Positions 29,890 to 39,432 of a stretch of DNA of 64,000 nucleotides are shown in pieces. The position numbers and the translations under genes are program-made. The DNA comes from Candidatus Bathyarchaeota archaeon. GTDB taxonomy: Archaea; Thermoproteota; Bathyarchaeia; Bathyarchaeales; Bathycorpusculaceae. The stretch lies in contig CAWHVC010000002.1 in NCBI GenBank assembly GCA_963832745.1, positions 384,001 to 448,000 on the forward strand. The letters run 5' to 3'. How positions within the stretch are numbered: position 1 is the stretch's first letter; every line of letters begins with the position of its first letter. The notes beneath the pieces are model-generated. The model had not been told where the DNA came from. It was given only the letters and a program-made list of their open reading frames with translations, and did not search any database.

Positions 29890-30582
29890 ATGTCAATACA
29901 GAAAATTCCAGAAAAAAACGCCATCCTCTTCGTGTGGTTCAACCAATACTCTGGTATACTGCTAAAAACGCCAACCAAGACTTTTGCCATTGATCCAGTT
30001 GACGTCAAGCCGAAATACCTGCAAAACGTTGACGCCATCCTGCTAACGCATGAACATTACGATCATCTTGACTCAAATCTCGTCAAAGAGGTTCAAAAAG
30101 CCACAGACTGCGCAGTCATCGCTGATCCAGCATCCGCTTTCCGTTTAAAACCCCACATTCCAATTGATAAACTTCAAGTAATCCGCATCGGCGAAGAAAT
30201 CAAAGTCGGTGAAGTCTCAATCAAAGCAGCCAAATGCAATCACAACGCAAGATACCCAAACACTTACATAATAACAAGTGAAGACGGCGTAAAAATTTAT
30301 CACACCGCCGATAGCCTGCCGTTCCCAGAGTTGGCTAAAATGGGGCTTGACGAAAAGTTTGACTTGGTTTTCTGCAGTGTCGGCATCACTGTTGGCGCCT
30401 CACCTGAAAGTGGTTTCGAAATTGCCCGTTTAACAAAACCGCCACTAGTTGTACCGTATCATACTAATTTGCCTGCTAACCAGAAAGCTTTCCAGCAACT
30501 CATAAAGAAGGAGCTGCGCAGGACTGCATGCTTGGTTCCTGAAATAAACAAAATATATCAGGTTTCAAAAAAAGGAAAGTGA
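29890..30582 (+). CDS. metallo-beta-lactamase-fold hydrolase
   Basis: IDP, THEHYDHLD, YHTADS, VPYH. Confidence 0.88.
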   Translation: MSIQKIPEKNAILFVWFNQYSGILLKTPTKTFAIDPVDVKPKYLQNVDAILLTHEHYDHLDSNLVKEVQKATDCAVIADPASAFRLKPHIPIDKLQVIRIGEEIKVGEVSIKAAKCNHNARYPNTYIITSEDGVKIYHTADSLPFPELAKMGLDEKFDLVFCSVGITVGASPESGFEIARLTKPPLVVPYHTNLPANQKAFQQLIKKELRRTACLVPEINKIYQVSKKGK

Positions 30583-30586
30583 CAAT

Positions 30587-31210
30587 TTGCAAAAAAGTTT
30601 TGAAGAAAAACAAAATATTATGGCAAACATTCTCTTCAAAATTGACGCCATCAAATTCGGTGTCTTTAAACTCTCAACAGGAAAAGCAAGCCCCTACTAT
30701 ATTGACTTAAAAGTTATACCAAGCTTTCCCGACGCATTTAGAGAAATAATAGACTTCTACACAGAAACCATAACCAGCCAGATTGGACTAAAAAATTTTG
30801 ACCGAATAGCCGCCGTACCAATAACCGGAATACCGTTTGCTTCACAAATTGCTTACAACCTCAAAAAACCCTTCCTGTACGTGCGTAAAGGCGTAAAACT
30901 ACAGGGACGAGAACGCCGAGTTGAAGGTGTACTGTTTTCAGGCGACCGAGTACTGCTGATTGATGATTTAGTCACTACAGGCGTCACGTTACGAAAAGCT
31001 GCTGAAGTCATAAAAGCCGAAGGCGGTATAGTAACGCAGGCGGTTGCTTTTTTAGATCGTGAAGAAGGCGGAAAAGAAAAACTCAAAGAAGCCGGCGTTG
31101 AACTGTTGCCTTTGCTAAAAATTAGTGAAATCGCAAACACACTTTACGAGTTAGGCGCCATTGACAAAGAAAGCCTCAAAACTATTAACAAACAAATTAA
31201 AAAGAAATAA
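30587..31210 (+). CDS. pyrE: orotate phosphoribosyltransferase
   Basis: FKLSTGKASPYYIDL, YVRK, LLIDDLVTTG, DREEGG. Confidence 0.93.
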   Translation: MQKSFEEKQNIMANILFKIDAIKFGVFKLSTGKASPYYIDLKVIPSFPDAFREIIDFYTETITSQIGLKNFDRIAAVPITGIPFASQIAYNLKKPFLYVRKGVKLQGRERRVEGVLFSGDRVLLIDDLVTTGVTLRKAAEVIKAEGGIVTQAVAFLDREEGGKEKLKEAGVELLPLLKISEIANTLYELGAIDKESLKTINKQIKKK

Positions 31211-31219
31211 CTTTTCTTT

Positions 31220-31780
31220 TTACTCGTAATAGATTAGACTTGTTTCTTCAAGCAACACATGCAGTTTATCCACTGCAATAAAAACGTCTTCTTCTTTCTT
31301 GGCGCCAGTGCAAACCAGTTTTCCGCTTGCGAACAGCAAAATAACCACTTTGGGATCTACCATGCGGTAAATTAAGCCGGGAAACTGTTCCGGTTCATAC
31401 ATTGTATGTTCCAACGTGTAAGCCGCTTTTTCAAGATCCGCCATGCCGCCTAAAATTCCTGAAGCAACAATATTTTGAATTTTAAGTTCAGGTTTACTGA
31501 TAATTATTATTCCGCTTTTTTTTAGTTCCTTTATTACTTTTATAACTGCGCGGCGAGCTTCTTTTTCAGATTTGGCGCCCGTGCACACCATTTTTCCGGA
31601 TCCAAAAATCAATGTGGTTGTTTTTGGTCGTTTTAAACGGAAAACTAGGCCGGGAAATTCTTCGGGACGGTACTCAACGCCTGGGTAACCTTTAACAACC
31701 GAGTTAAGGTCAACTTTCTGGTTTAACGTTGCAGATGCTACAACATTTTCTATGCTTACGGTTGCTTTGACTTTTGGCAT
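31220..31780 (-). CDS. tbp: TATA-box-binding protein
   Basis: Two repeats: IENVVAS/IQNIVAS, Y.PE.FPGL, F.SGK.VCTGAK. Confidence 0.97.
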   Translation of the reverse strand: MPKVKATVSIENVVASATLNQKVDLNSVVKGYPGVEYRPEEFPGLVFRLKRPKTTTLIFGSGKMVCTGAKSEKEARRAVIKVIKELKKSGIIIISKPELKIQNIVASGILGGMADLEKAAYTLEHTMYEPEQFPGLIYRMVDPKVVILLFASGKLVCTGAKKEEDVFIAVDKLHVLLEETSLIYYE

Positions 31781-31844
31781 TTTTTCCCTCCTCTGTTTAG
31801 CGGCTCGATGTTCCTTCTATGAAATGTAAACTTTATAAATACAT

Positions 31845-32513
31845 CTATGAACGCTGTCGAGTTGTTTTCTGTTGAACGAATTTTTTCTTAACCACCGGTA
31901 GCACAAACTCTACAATAATAAGCAGCAAAATAACCGCAATCACCAAGGGTAAGCCATACGGGTTACGACGAAGAAACAACGTAGCGAGTCCCACCCAGGG
32001 AACCCTACCAATTACTTTGCCAACTACCAGGGCTTCAGAAACGCCATGTCCACCAGACCACTTATCATATTCACTAACCGATGGAACTGCAGGCCACAGA
32101 TAAGTTGGTCCACTGTTACCGTCGCCTTTAGTTTGAAAGTATAAGGTTCCGTTTATGTTTTGCACAGCTACGATTCGGTGAACAATTAGCCTGTTAGAGT
32201 TGCCTGGTTCATGAAAAACGATTATGTCACTGATGGGGTAATCCGCGTTTAATGTTGCCGGGTCAACGCCTTGAACAATCAGCAAATCGCCTACATGAAG
32301 AGTGCGTTCAAACGGGTGAGACCAACCATCGCAGTCACCATCATAGGGAATGCACATACTACCTGTTTCAACCGTTAAAGTTGGGTAGGGCGTGTCAAGA
32401 ACCAGTTGTGTGCCAAAAAATAGCCCTAAAACGATTGCTATAATTAACCCGATAATGGCAGCGGTTTGGACAAAATCGTTTTTCCATAACCTTTTCAATT
32501 TAGGTTCTGCCAA
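31845..32513 (-). CDS. signal peptidase I (S26, Sec11-type), paralog 1
   Basis: TGSM, GDLL, IVHRI, TKGDGN; N- and C-terminal TMs. Confidence 0.9.
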   Translation of the reverse strand: MAEPKLKRLWKNDFVQTAAIIGLIIAIVLGLFFGTQLVLDTPYPTLTVETGSMCIPYDGDCDGWSHPFERTLHVGDLLIVQGVDPATLNADYPISDIIVFHEPGNSNRLIVHRIVAVQNINGTLYFQTKGDGNSGPTYLWPAVPSVSEYDKWSGGHGVSEALVVGKVIGRVPWVGLATLFLRRNPYGLPLVIAVILLLIIVEFVLPVVKKKFVQQKTTRQRS

Positions 32514-32608
32514 ACCTGTCTGTCCTTCCTAAAAGAGAAAAGTTTGTTCTCTTTGATTAAGGATTCTGTCTTCAAAACTTCAAGTTTGCCCCTGAAGGAA
32601 AAAAGTCC

Positions 32609-33299
32609 TTACTCAGTTATGGCGGGTGTTGGGTTGGTTTTTTTCTTTATTAGGGGTAGTACGAATTCGAGTATTACTAGTGCGATTATGATTATGACTA
32701 GGATGATTGGTATGATGCTGAATTGTTGTGAAAGTAGTGCTAAGGAGCCAATCCATGGAATGCGCATCACTACTTTGCCATAAACATAATTTTGAGAAAC
32801 TGCACCATCGTAAGTGCTGCTTGGATCATCTGTGGCAGGATACCAGTGGTCAATGGCTTGTGTTGCCGGGTTAGGCCAAACATCTGGGTACCCGTTTCCG
32901 TCACCCTTAGTGTAGAAGTAGAGCGTTCCGTTTACTTCAACTGTGTTAACGATGCGGTGAACGATATTTGCGTGTGGATCATTCGCAGGCAGGGCAGGGT
33001 CTCGGAAGACTATTATGTCGCTGTTTGGGTAGTCTGTTTTAAGTCGTTTGCATCTACGCCTTGAATGACCAGTAAGTCGCCAATATGTAGTGTTCTTTCA
33101 AAGGTGTGTGCAATGGGGTCGCATGCGCCTGGTGGGATGCACATGCTGCTACTTGTTACTGTGAATAATGGAAAAATTTGTGTGTTTAATGCTGCTTGTA
33201 GTCCGAACCAGAAGCCTGCTACAAGTATCGGAATTAACGCTATGGTGATGCTGTTTTGAAGTATTCGTTTTTCCAAAGTCTTCTAAATGTTGTTGCCAA
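32609..33299 (-). CDS. signal peptidase I paralog 2 (two single-base frameshifts near 33249 and 33038)
   Basis: Colinear with paralog 3 (TSSSM, GDLL, IVHRI, TKGDGN) once two missing bases are restored. Confidence 0.8.
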
Positions 33300-33442
33300 T
33301 TTGCGTCTTCCGTTTTATCAAACAACGTGTTGAAGTTACTATAAAATCCTTCGATTAAATTTATCAAAAAAAGAAAATTGCGTGAGTAGTAAAATTTTGT
33401 TTAACTTACGTCAAATCTATTTATCTTTTCTGGAAGAGAGAA

Positions 33443-34123
33443 TCAAGTTGTCTTTAAAGAAGCGTGGTATTGCTCGATTGTGGTGGTTGTTGGGTTGGTT
33501 TTTTTCTTTATTAGGGGTAGTACGAATTCGAGTATTACTAGTGCGATTATGATTATGACTAGGATGATTGGTATGATGCTGAATTGTTGTGAAAGTAGTG
33601 CTAAGGAGCCGATCCATGGAATGCGCATCACTACTTTGCCGTAAACATAATCTTCTGAGATAGGACTCCAAGGATCCGTGCTTTCAGCTGGGTTAGGCCA
33701 AACATTCGGATACCCATTTCCGTCTCCTTTAGTCCAAAAGTAACGCGTACCGTTAATGTCCTCATACCTTACGATCCGGTGAACAATGTTAGCTTTAGGG
33801 TCATTAGCTGGCAAGTCGGGTCTTCTGTAAACAATAATGTCACTGTTTGGATAATCAGTTTTAAGGTCATTTGGATTTACGCCTTGAATGACCAGCAAAT
33901 CTCCAACATGTAGTGTTCTTTCAAAGGTATGTGCAATGGGGTCACATAGACCGGGTGGAATGCACATACTCTCACTTGTTACCGTGAACAACGGAAAAAT
34001 TTGTGTGTTTAATGCTGCTTGAAGTCCAAACCAGAAGCCTGCAACAAGAAGTGGAATCAAAGCTATGGTAACTGCTGTCTTGAAGTACTCATTTTTCCAA
34101 AGTCTTCTGAACGTGGCTGACAA
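33443..34123 (-). CDS. signal peptidase I paralog 3
   Basis: TSESM, GDLL, IVHRI, TKGDGN; TTG start inferred from paralog 2. Confidence 0.88.
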   Translation of the reverse strand: MSATFRRLWKNEYFKTAVTIALIPLLVAGFWFGLQAALNTQIFPLFTVTSESMCIPPGLCDPIAHTFERTLHVGDLLVIQGVNPNDLKTDYPNSDIIVYRRPDLPANDPKANIVHRIVRYEDINGTRYFWTKGDGNGYPNVWPNPAESTDPWSPISEDYVYGKVVMRIPWIGSLALLSQQFSIIPIILVIIIIALVILEFVLPLIKKKTNPTTTTIEQYHASLKTT

Positions 34124-34210
34124 CTTGCATCTTAACAAACAACGCAGTAAAGCTACTAAAATACTTCGATTATTTTTCAAAAAAAGAAAATTAAGGGATT
34201 AACAAAAATG

Positions 34211-34382
34211 TTAAACTTTGTTTTTGCTTAATACTTCACGGAATGTATTTCCACATTTTGGGCATTCATACAATCCGATTTTCTAGTTGCATGCGCTTTC
34301 CAGTTTTATCTGGTCTGCCTGCCATTTTCCAAGTTTTCTTTGGATTTGCTACTTCTGTTCCGCATTTTGGACATTTTCCCAT
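34211..34382 (-). CDS. Cren7-like small chromatin protein with zinc-ribbon cysteines (56 aa; +1 A near 34281)
   Basis: GGAGG RBS; removing one A from GAAAATC gives MGKCPKCGTEVANPKKTWKMAGRPDKTGKRMQLEIGLYECPKCGNTFREVLSKNKV, with the Cren7-like P.K.W.....IGL....G..FR pattern. Confidence 0.75.
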
Positions 34383-34694
34383 TTGTTTTCCTCCGTGTAA
34401 TATGCTTCATGTTTTTCTCCTAAGGAATAAAAAACTTTCCCTATTTTTCGAACAGATAATCCTGTTTTCAACATGCTTTTTAGACATTTTTATGTGAAAA
34501 CAGAAATTTGTTTTACAAAAAGAATGTAGAAAAAACCATTCAAAAAACATAAATTTGTACCATTGATGAAATAATAACTCGCAAGACACCAAATAAACGA
34601 CAAACCTTTTTTCCCAAAATTTAAGCTAACTGCCGCCAAAACATTTTTTACACCACAAAAACGATTTCTTCTCTATTATATTGAGGCAATACAG

Positions 34695-37571
34695 GTGCAA
34701 GAAGTTTCTGGCAACGCTTTTGATTTACTCGTAAAACCCGTCCGGAAGCTAGTGGAACAGAAAGGGTTCCCTAAACCAACAGAACCTCAAGAAAAAACCA
34801 TCCCCAAAGTCTTAGACGGCAAAAACGTCCTCTTAATTTCCCCAACAGCAACAGGCAAAACAGAAGCCGCTTTTCTACCAGTTTTAAGTATGTTACTCCA
34901 AGCCCCCAAAACACCCGGCATAAAAGTACTCTACATCACACCGTTACGCGCTTTAAACAGGGACATGCTTGAACGCCTGCAATGGTGGTGTAACAACTTA
35001 GACATCAAACTTGCCGTGCGCCATGGAGACACCGAAACCAAGGAACGTTCAAGACAATCCCAAAGCCCCCCAGATATTCTTATTACTACCCCGGAAACTT
35101 TGCAGGCGATTCTTTCAGGCTGGGTTCTTAGGCAGCACTTGCAGGCTTTGCGTTGGGTAATAATTGATGAAGTTCACGAATTAGCTGATAGCAAACGTGG
35201 CAGCCAACTTTCCATAGCATTGGAACGTATCCGAAGTCTAATCGGTAAAGACTTTCAAATGGTTGGCTTATCCGCCACAGTGGGTACCCCCGAAACAGTT
35301 GCCCATTTTCTTGTTGGAGACAAACGTCCCGTTGAAATCGTACGCACTCCTGTTGCTAAAATGGTTAACCTCAAAGTAATCTATCCCCGTCCCACAGAAG
35401 AAGATTCACGGTTTGCCGGAAAAATTTTTACCCATCCCGAAGTAGCCGCAAGACTGCGCATAATCCGCGATTACATGGATACTCACAAGTCAGTCCTCCT
35501 TTTCACTAATACCCGTTCTGTTTCAGAGGTTCTGGCTTCACGCTTCAAAGTTTGGGATATCGACTTTCCAATATCCATTCATCACGGGTCTCTCGCCAAA
35601 CCCTCAAGGTTGGCAGCCGAAACAGGGCTAAAACGTGGAGAACTCAAAGGCTTAATCGCAACCAGCAGCCTTGAACTGGGCATAGACGTTGGACGCGTTG
35701 ATTTAGTCATTCAGTATATGTCGCCAAGACAGGTTTCACGCCTTATTCAACGGGTGGGCAGGGCAGGTCACAGCTACGGTCATGTTTCTGAAGGCATCAT
35801 AATAGGCATGGACTCAGATGACACGTTGGAAGCAATGGTAATTGCACGGCGTGCCTTAAAGGAGCAGCTTGAACCCGTACAGTTACCCGATAAACCTTAC
35901 GATGTTTTGACACATCAAATTGCTGGGCTGCTTATGAAGAATCGGAGGCTTGAATTCGAAGGCATCTTGGAACTTGTACGTAATGCTGCTCCCTATCAGA
36001 ACCTAACCATTGAAGATATTGAAAAAGTAATCAAATATATGCATTCACGGTTTCCCCGTTTAGCTTGGGCATCACTGGAAGACCATGTGGTTCTAAAACC
36101 GCAACGTACCAAGGCACTTTTCGAATACTACTTTGACAACCTCTCAATGATACCCGTGGAAAAACAATTCCTTGTAATCGACGAATCCACTGACACCTCA
36201 ATCGGTGTACTTGACGAAGCATTCATGGCAGAATACGGCAAACCCGGAACCAAATTCATCATCCGAGGAAGCCCCTGGAACATAGTTCACACAACAGAAG
36301 ACAAAGTATACGTTCGTCCCGTTGAAGACCCAACTGGTTCAATTCCCAGCTGGATAGGCGAAGAAATCCCTGTGCCATACGAGATTGCGCAGGAACTTGC
36401 TGAAGTTCGTGGTTTTGTTGAGGAAAAGATTCTTGCTGGCTTTTCTCCTGAAAAGGTTAGCGAGCTTCTTGCTGAACGTTACCCAGCCGATAAAGAAACA
36501 ATTTTTCATGCATTAGCTGAGACACTGGAACAGATAGCCGATGGTTTGGCTGTACCAACTCCAAGTCGGTTAGTGTTTGAAGACTGGGACGAATTCACTA
36601 TAGTTCATTCTAATTTTGGCTCAATGATTAACCGTGCCCTAGCGCAACTTTTGGGGCAGGTTTTATCTGACAAGCTTGGACGAGGCATAATAGTGCAACA
36701 TGACCCATACCGGATTTTTGTGCAAACAATGGGTTCCATGACTGCCGAACAAGTCGCAGATGTTTTTCGTGAAATGCACGCTATGCCTGAAGTAGTTGTA
36801 AAAGAAACCCTGAAGCGTTCCACTATAAAGACTGGCTTGTTTAAACGTCGAGTAATCCATGTTGCCAGACGTTTTGGAGCTTTAAAGAAGTGGGCAGACT
36901 TTAGTAACGTTAGTATTCAGAAATTGATTACCAGTTTTGAGGGTACCCCAATCTACGAGGAAGGGTTAAAGGATGTATTTAGTAAAGACCTTGATGTTGA
37001 CGGTTTAGTCTTGGTGCTAAAAAGGATGAACCTAGGAGAAATCGGTTTCCAAGTGGTAGAAACTGGCGGAACAGCCACGCCAGTAGCCCGAGTGGGCATT
37101 GAACGGGTAAGCATGAAAACAGATCTCATCCCACCTGAACGAATGCGCGCAGTTCTTGTTGAATCAGCGAAGGCTCGACTGCTTAATGAAACAGGCAACT
37201 TTGTCTGCACAAACTGCTGGGACTACATGGAAATGATACGAATCAAAGACTTGCCTGACAAGCCTAAATGTCCCAATTGTGGTTCGCACGCGATTGGCAT
37301 GCTCAAGATTGAAGAAGAACGTGCTATGCCGCTTTTGGATAAGAAAGGCGAAAAGCTTTCAAAACTTGAAGAAAAAATGCAGACCATTGCTAAACACACT
37401 GCTACTTTAATCGAAAAGTACGGTAAACCTGCTGCTGTAGCCCTCAGTGCTAGGCGGGTAACAGTTTCAGATATTTCTGGAGTGCTGGAAAAAGAGCCAA
37501 TTTGTTCGGATAAATTTTACGAACTCGTTTTGGAAGCGGAACGTAAAGTTTTAAGCAAACGTTTTAGTTAA
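34695..37571 (+). CDS. Lhr-family SF2 helicase with C-terminal Cys4 motif
   Basis: PTATGKT, DEVH, SAT, HHGSL, SLELGIDVG, QRVGRAGH; CTNC...CPNC. Confidence 0.93.
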   Translation: MQEVSGNAFDLLVKPVRKLVEQKGFPKPTEPQEKTIPKVLDGKNVLLISPTATGKTEAAFLPVLSMLLQAPKTPGIKVLYITPLRALNRDMLERLQWWCNNLDIKLAVRHGDTETKERSRQSQSPPDILITTPETLQAILSGWVLRQHLQALRWVIIDEVHELADSKRGSQLSIALERIRSLIGKDFQMVGLSATVGTPETVAHFLVGDKRPVEIVRTPVAKMVNLKVIYPRPTEEDSRFAGKIFTHPEVAARLRIIRDYMDTHKSVLLFTNTRSVSEVLASRFKVWDIDFPISIHHGSLAKPSRLAAETGLKRGELKGLIATSSLELGIDVGRVDLVIQYMSPRQVSRLIQRVGRAGHSYGHVSEGIIIGMDSDDTLEAMVIARRALKEQLEPVQLPDKPYDVLTHQIAGLLMKNRRLEFEGILELVRNAAPYQNLTIEDIEKVIKYMHSRFPRLAWASLEDHVVLKPQRTKALFEYYFDNLSMIPVEKQFLVIDESTDTSIGVLDEAFMAEYGKPGTKFIIRGSPWNIVHTTEDKVYVRPVEDPTGSIPSWIGEEIPVPYEIAQELAEVRGFVEEKILAGFSPEKVSELLAERYPADKETIFHALAETLEQIADGLAVPTPSRLVFEDWDEFTIVHSNFGSMINRALAQLLGQVLSDKLGRGIIVQHDPYRIFVQTMGSMTAEQVADVFREMHAMPEVVVKETLKRSTIKTGLFKRRVIHVARRFGALKKWADFSNVSIQKLITSFEGTPIYEEGLKDVFSKDLDVDGLVLVLKRMNLGEIGFQVVETGGTATPVARVGIERVSMKTDLIPPERMRAVLVESAKARLLNETGNFVCTNCWDYMEMIRIKDLPDKPKCPNCGSHAIGMLKIEEERAMPLLDKKGEKLSKLEEKMQTIAKHTATLIEKYGKPAAVALSARRVTVSDISGVLEKEPICSDKFYELVLEAERKVLSKRFS

Positions 37572-37678
37572 CACGGTTTTTTTAGAAACGTGTGTCCATT
37601 ATTTATAACAACAAGCTTTAAAATGTGTAACAACCATAGTTCCTTATCCTGCTTTACTGCAATATAGGAGACCGTACA

Positions 37679-38005
37679 GTGGAAATAAGCCGAAAAAATC
37701 TTCGTGACGAAGTTTTACAGCGAATAAAATATGTCCGCACATGTGTTATGGCTAGAGAGCTTTGTTTGCTTGTACGCACTAACAGGGCAGTCTTAGAGCC
37801 TAAAGATGTGCAGGAAATCTGCCAACATATTTCAGGGTTATGCCTGGAAGAAGGTTGTACTGAGCCAAGTGAACTCTGCCATAAAGCTGCCGAAGCAATC
37901 GGTTCAAATGATGAAGAAAAATATCTGGAATTATGTGCTCAAAGCTGTGTAAAATGCGGCGAAGCGAAGCGTCCGATGCCAAAAAAGGAGTCCTATGTCG
38001 CATAA
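37679..38005 (+). CDS. Cys-rich helical hypothetical protein
   Basis: 108 aa, 9 Cys, GGAG RBS. Confidence 0.7.
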   Translation: MEISRKNLRDEVLQRIKYVRTCVMARELCLLVRTNRAVLEPKDVQEICQHISGLCLEEGCTEPSELCHKAAEAIGSNDEEKYLELCAQSCVKCGEAKRPMPKKESYVA

Positions 38006-38041
38006 CAGAGCGGAAAACAGTTTTTTAGGAGTAAAAAAGAA

Positions 38042-38518
38042 ATGTTCATTGCACCCTTTGTTCCAAGCCCAATTGTGGTAGTTGAAAGAATGCTAAAAAT
38101 AGCTGACTTAAAAGCTGGAGAAGTACTTTTTGATATGGGCGCTGGAGACGGTAGAACAGTGATTATGGCGGCTAAAAGTTTTGGCGCCAGAGGAGTCGGC
38201 ATCGAACTTCGTGAAGACTTAGCTAAAAAAGCGTTAAGCAATATCAACGAGAACAACCTTAGTGACCGAGTAACTATTGTTAATAGTGACATGTTTAACG
38301 TTAACTTGGGCTCTGCTGACGTAGTTTATCTGTATTTAACCACAAGCGCTAACGAAAAAATACGTCCCAAACTTGAAAGTGACCTAAAAAAAGGCGTACG
38401 TGTTGTTTCCCATGATTACGAAATTATCGGTTGGAAACCAGAAAAAATAGAAAATTTCTGCGAAAACCCCCAACTTGGTTATCCGTCTCACACCTTGTAT
38501 TTGTACAAGAAGCCATAG
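38042..38518 (+). CDS. class I SAM methyltransferase, aKMT-like protein-lysine methyltransferase
   Basis: APFVPSP..VV.RML, DMGAGDGR, YLTTSANEK.RPKLE, RVVSHDY, HTLYLY. Confidence 0.85.
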   Translation: MFIAPFVPSPIVVVERMLKIADLKAGEVLFDMGAGDGRTVIMAAKSFGARGVGIELREDLAKKALSNINENNLSDRVTIVNSDMFNVNLGSADVVYLYLTTSANEKIRPKLESDLKKGVRVVSHDYEIIGWKPEKIENFCENPQLGYPSHTLYLYKKP

Positions 38519-38593
38519 GCTTTTTTGTAGTTAATGTTAAGTAACATTTTTAATTGCCCAGCCCATTTTTGAGTCCGCTCTGAAGTGTGGACT

Positions 38594-39110
38594 ATGCAGT
38601 TTGTTCCATGGCAAAACGTTGCAGATTGGCGTTGCAAAGGTTGCGGTTACTGCTGCAAGCTCTACACAGTCGTAATCAATTTTCCCGAATGGCTAAACAT
38701 CGTAAAACTGTATCGGGGCAGAAACAACCGTAACAGGCCTGGATCGATTCTACATTAAACGCTGCAGCGACGGCACCTGCAGTTTCCTATGCAACAAATC
38801 CAACAGGTACTTTTGCGCATTACAAAGCATGAAACCTGAAGCATGCAAAATCTGGCCCTTCAAAATATTGTCTGAACCCAAATATGGTGAAGAAAAACAA
38901 GCAGCATTCGACTACAGAGGTACTCGGTTATACATTTACGCTGACAACATGTGCAGTGGATTACGGTTTGGAACGCCATCTTGGGAGTTTCGTTACACTG
39001 TCCTGAAAGAGTTTGCGGAGCTTGCGTTGGGTGTGCGGAATGTGCAGTATAAAACAACTCGGTCGACGCAGGATGCTTCTCAGCAGTGGGGCAGACAACT
39101 GTTCCCGTAA
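38594..39110 (+). CDS. YkgJ-family CxxCxxCC cluster protein (frameshift near 38713)
   Basis: CKGCGYCC at the N-terminus; the shifted frame continues DGTCSFL...FCALQSMKPEACKIWPF. Confidence 0.8.
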
Positions 39111-39432
39111 GTTTGCGTTTACTTTTCTTGTATGTTTGTGACTTTTACTGACTTGGCTTGACTCGCCTTGACGTATAATGACGTGGTTTGCAAACGATTT
39201 AGACTCTGATTCAAAAAAGCAACCCAAAACAATCGCTGCAAAAAACAGACTTTTTAGCAGACAAATCAGAACTGAAAATTTTAGTTGTTTTATGGTGACA
39301 TTGCGGTAAACTTTTCAGTTTTTTAGTGGTGGTTACCACTTATTTTGTTAACTATCTCTAATTCATACTCCCAAAACTCAAGGGTTATTATTGTTTTCTA
39401 TAAAATTTGTTTCCAAACAAAGCGTGTTAACT

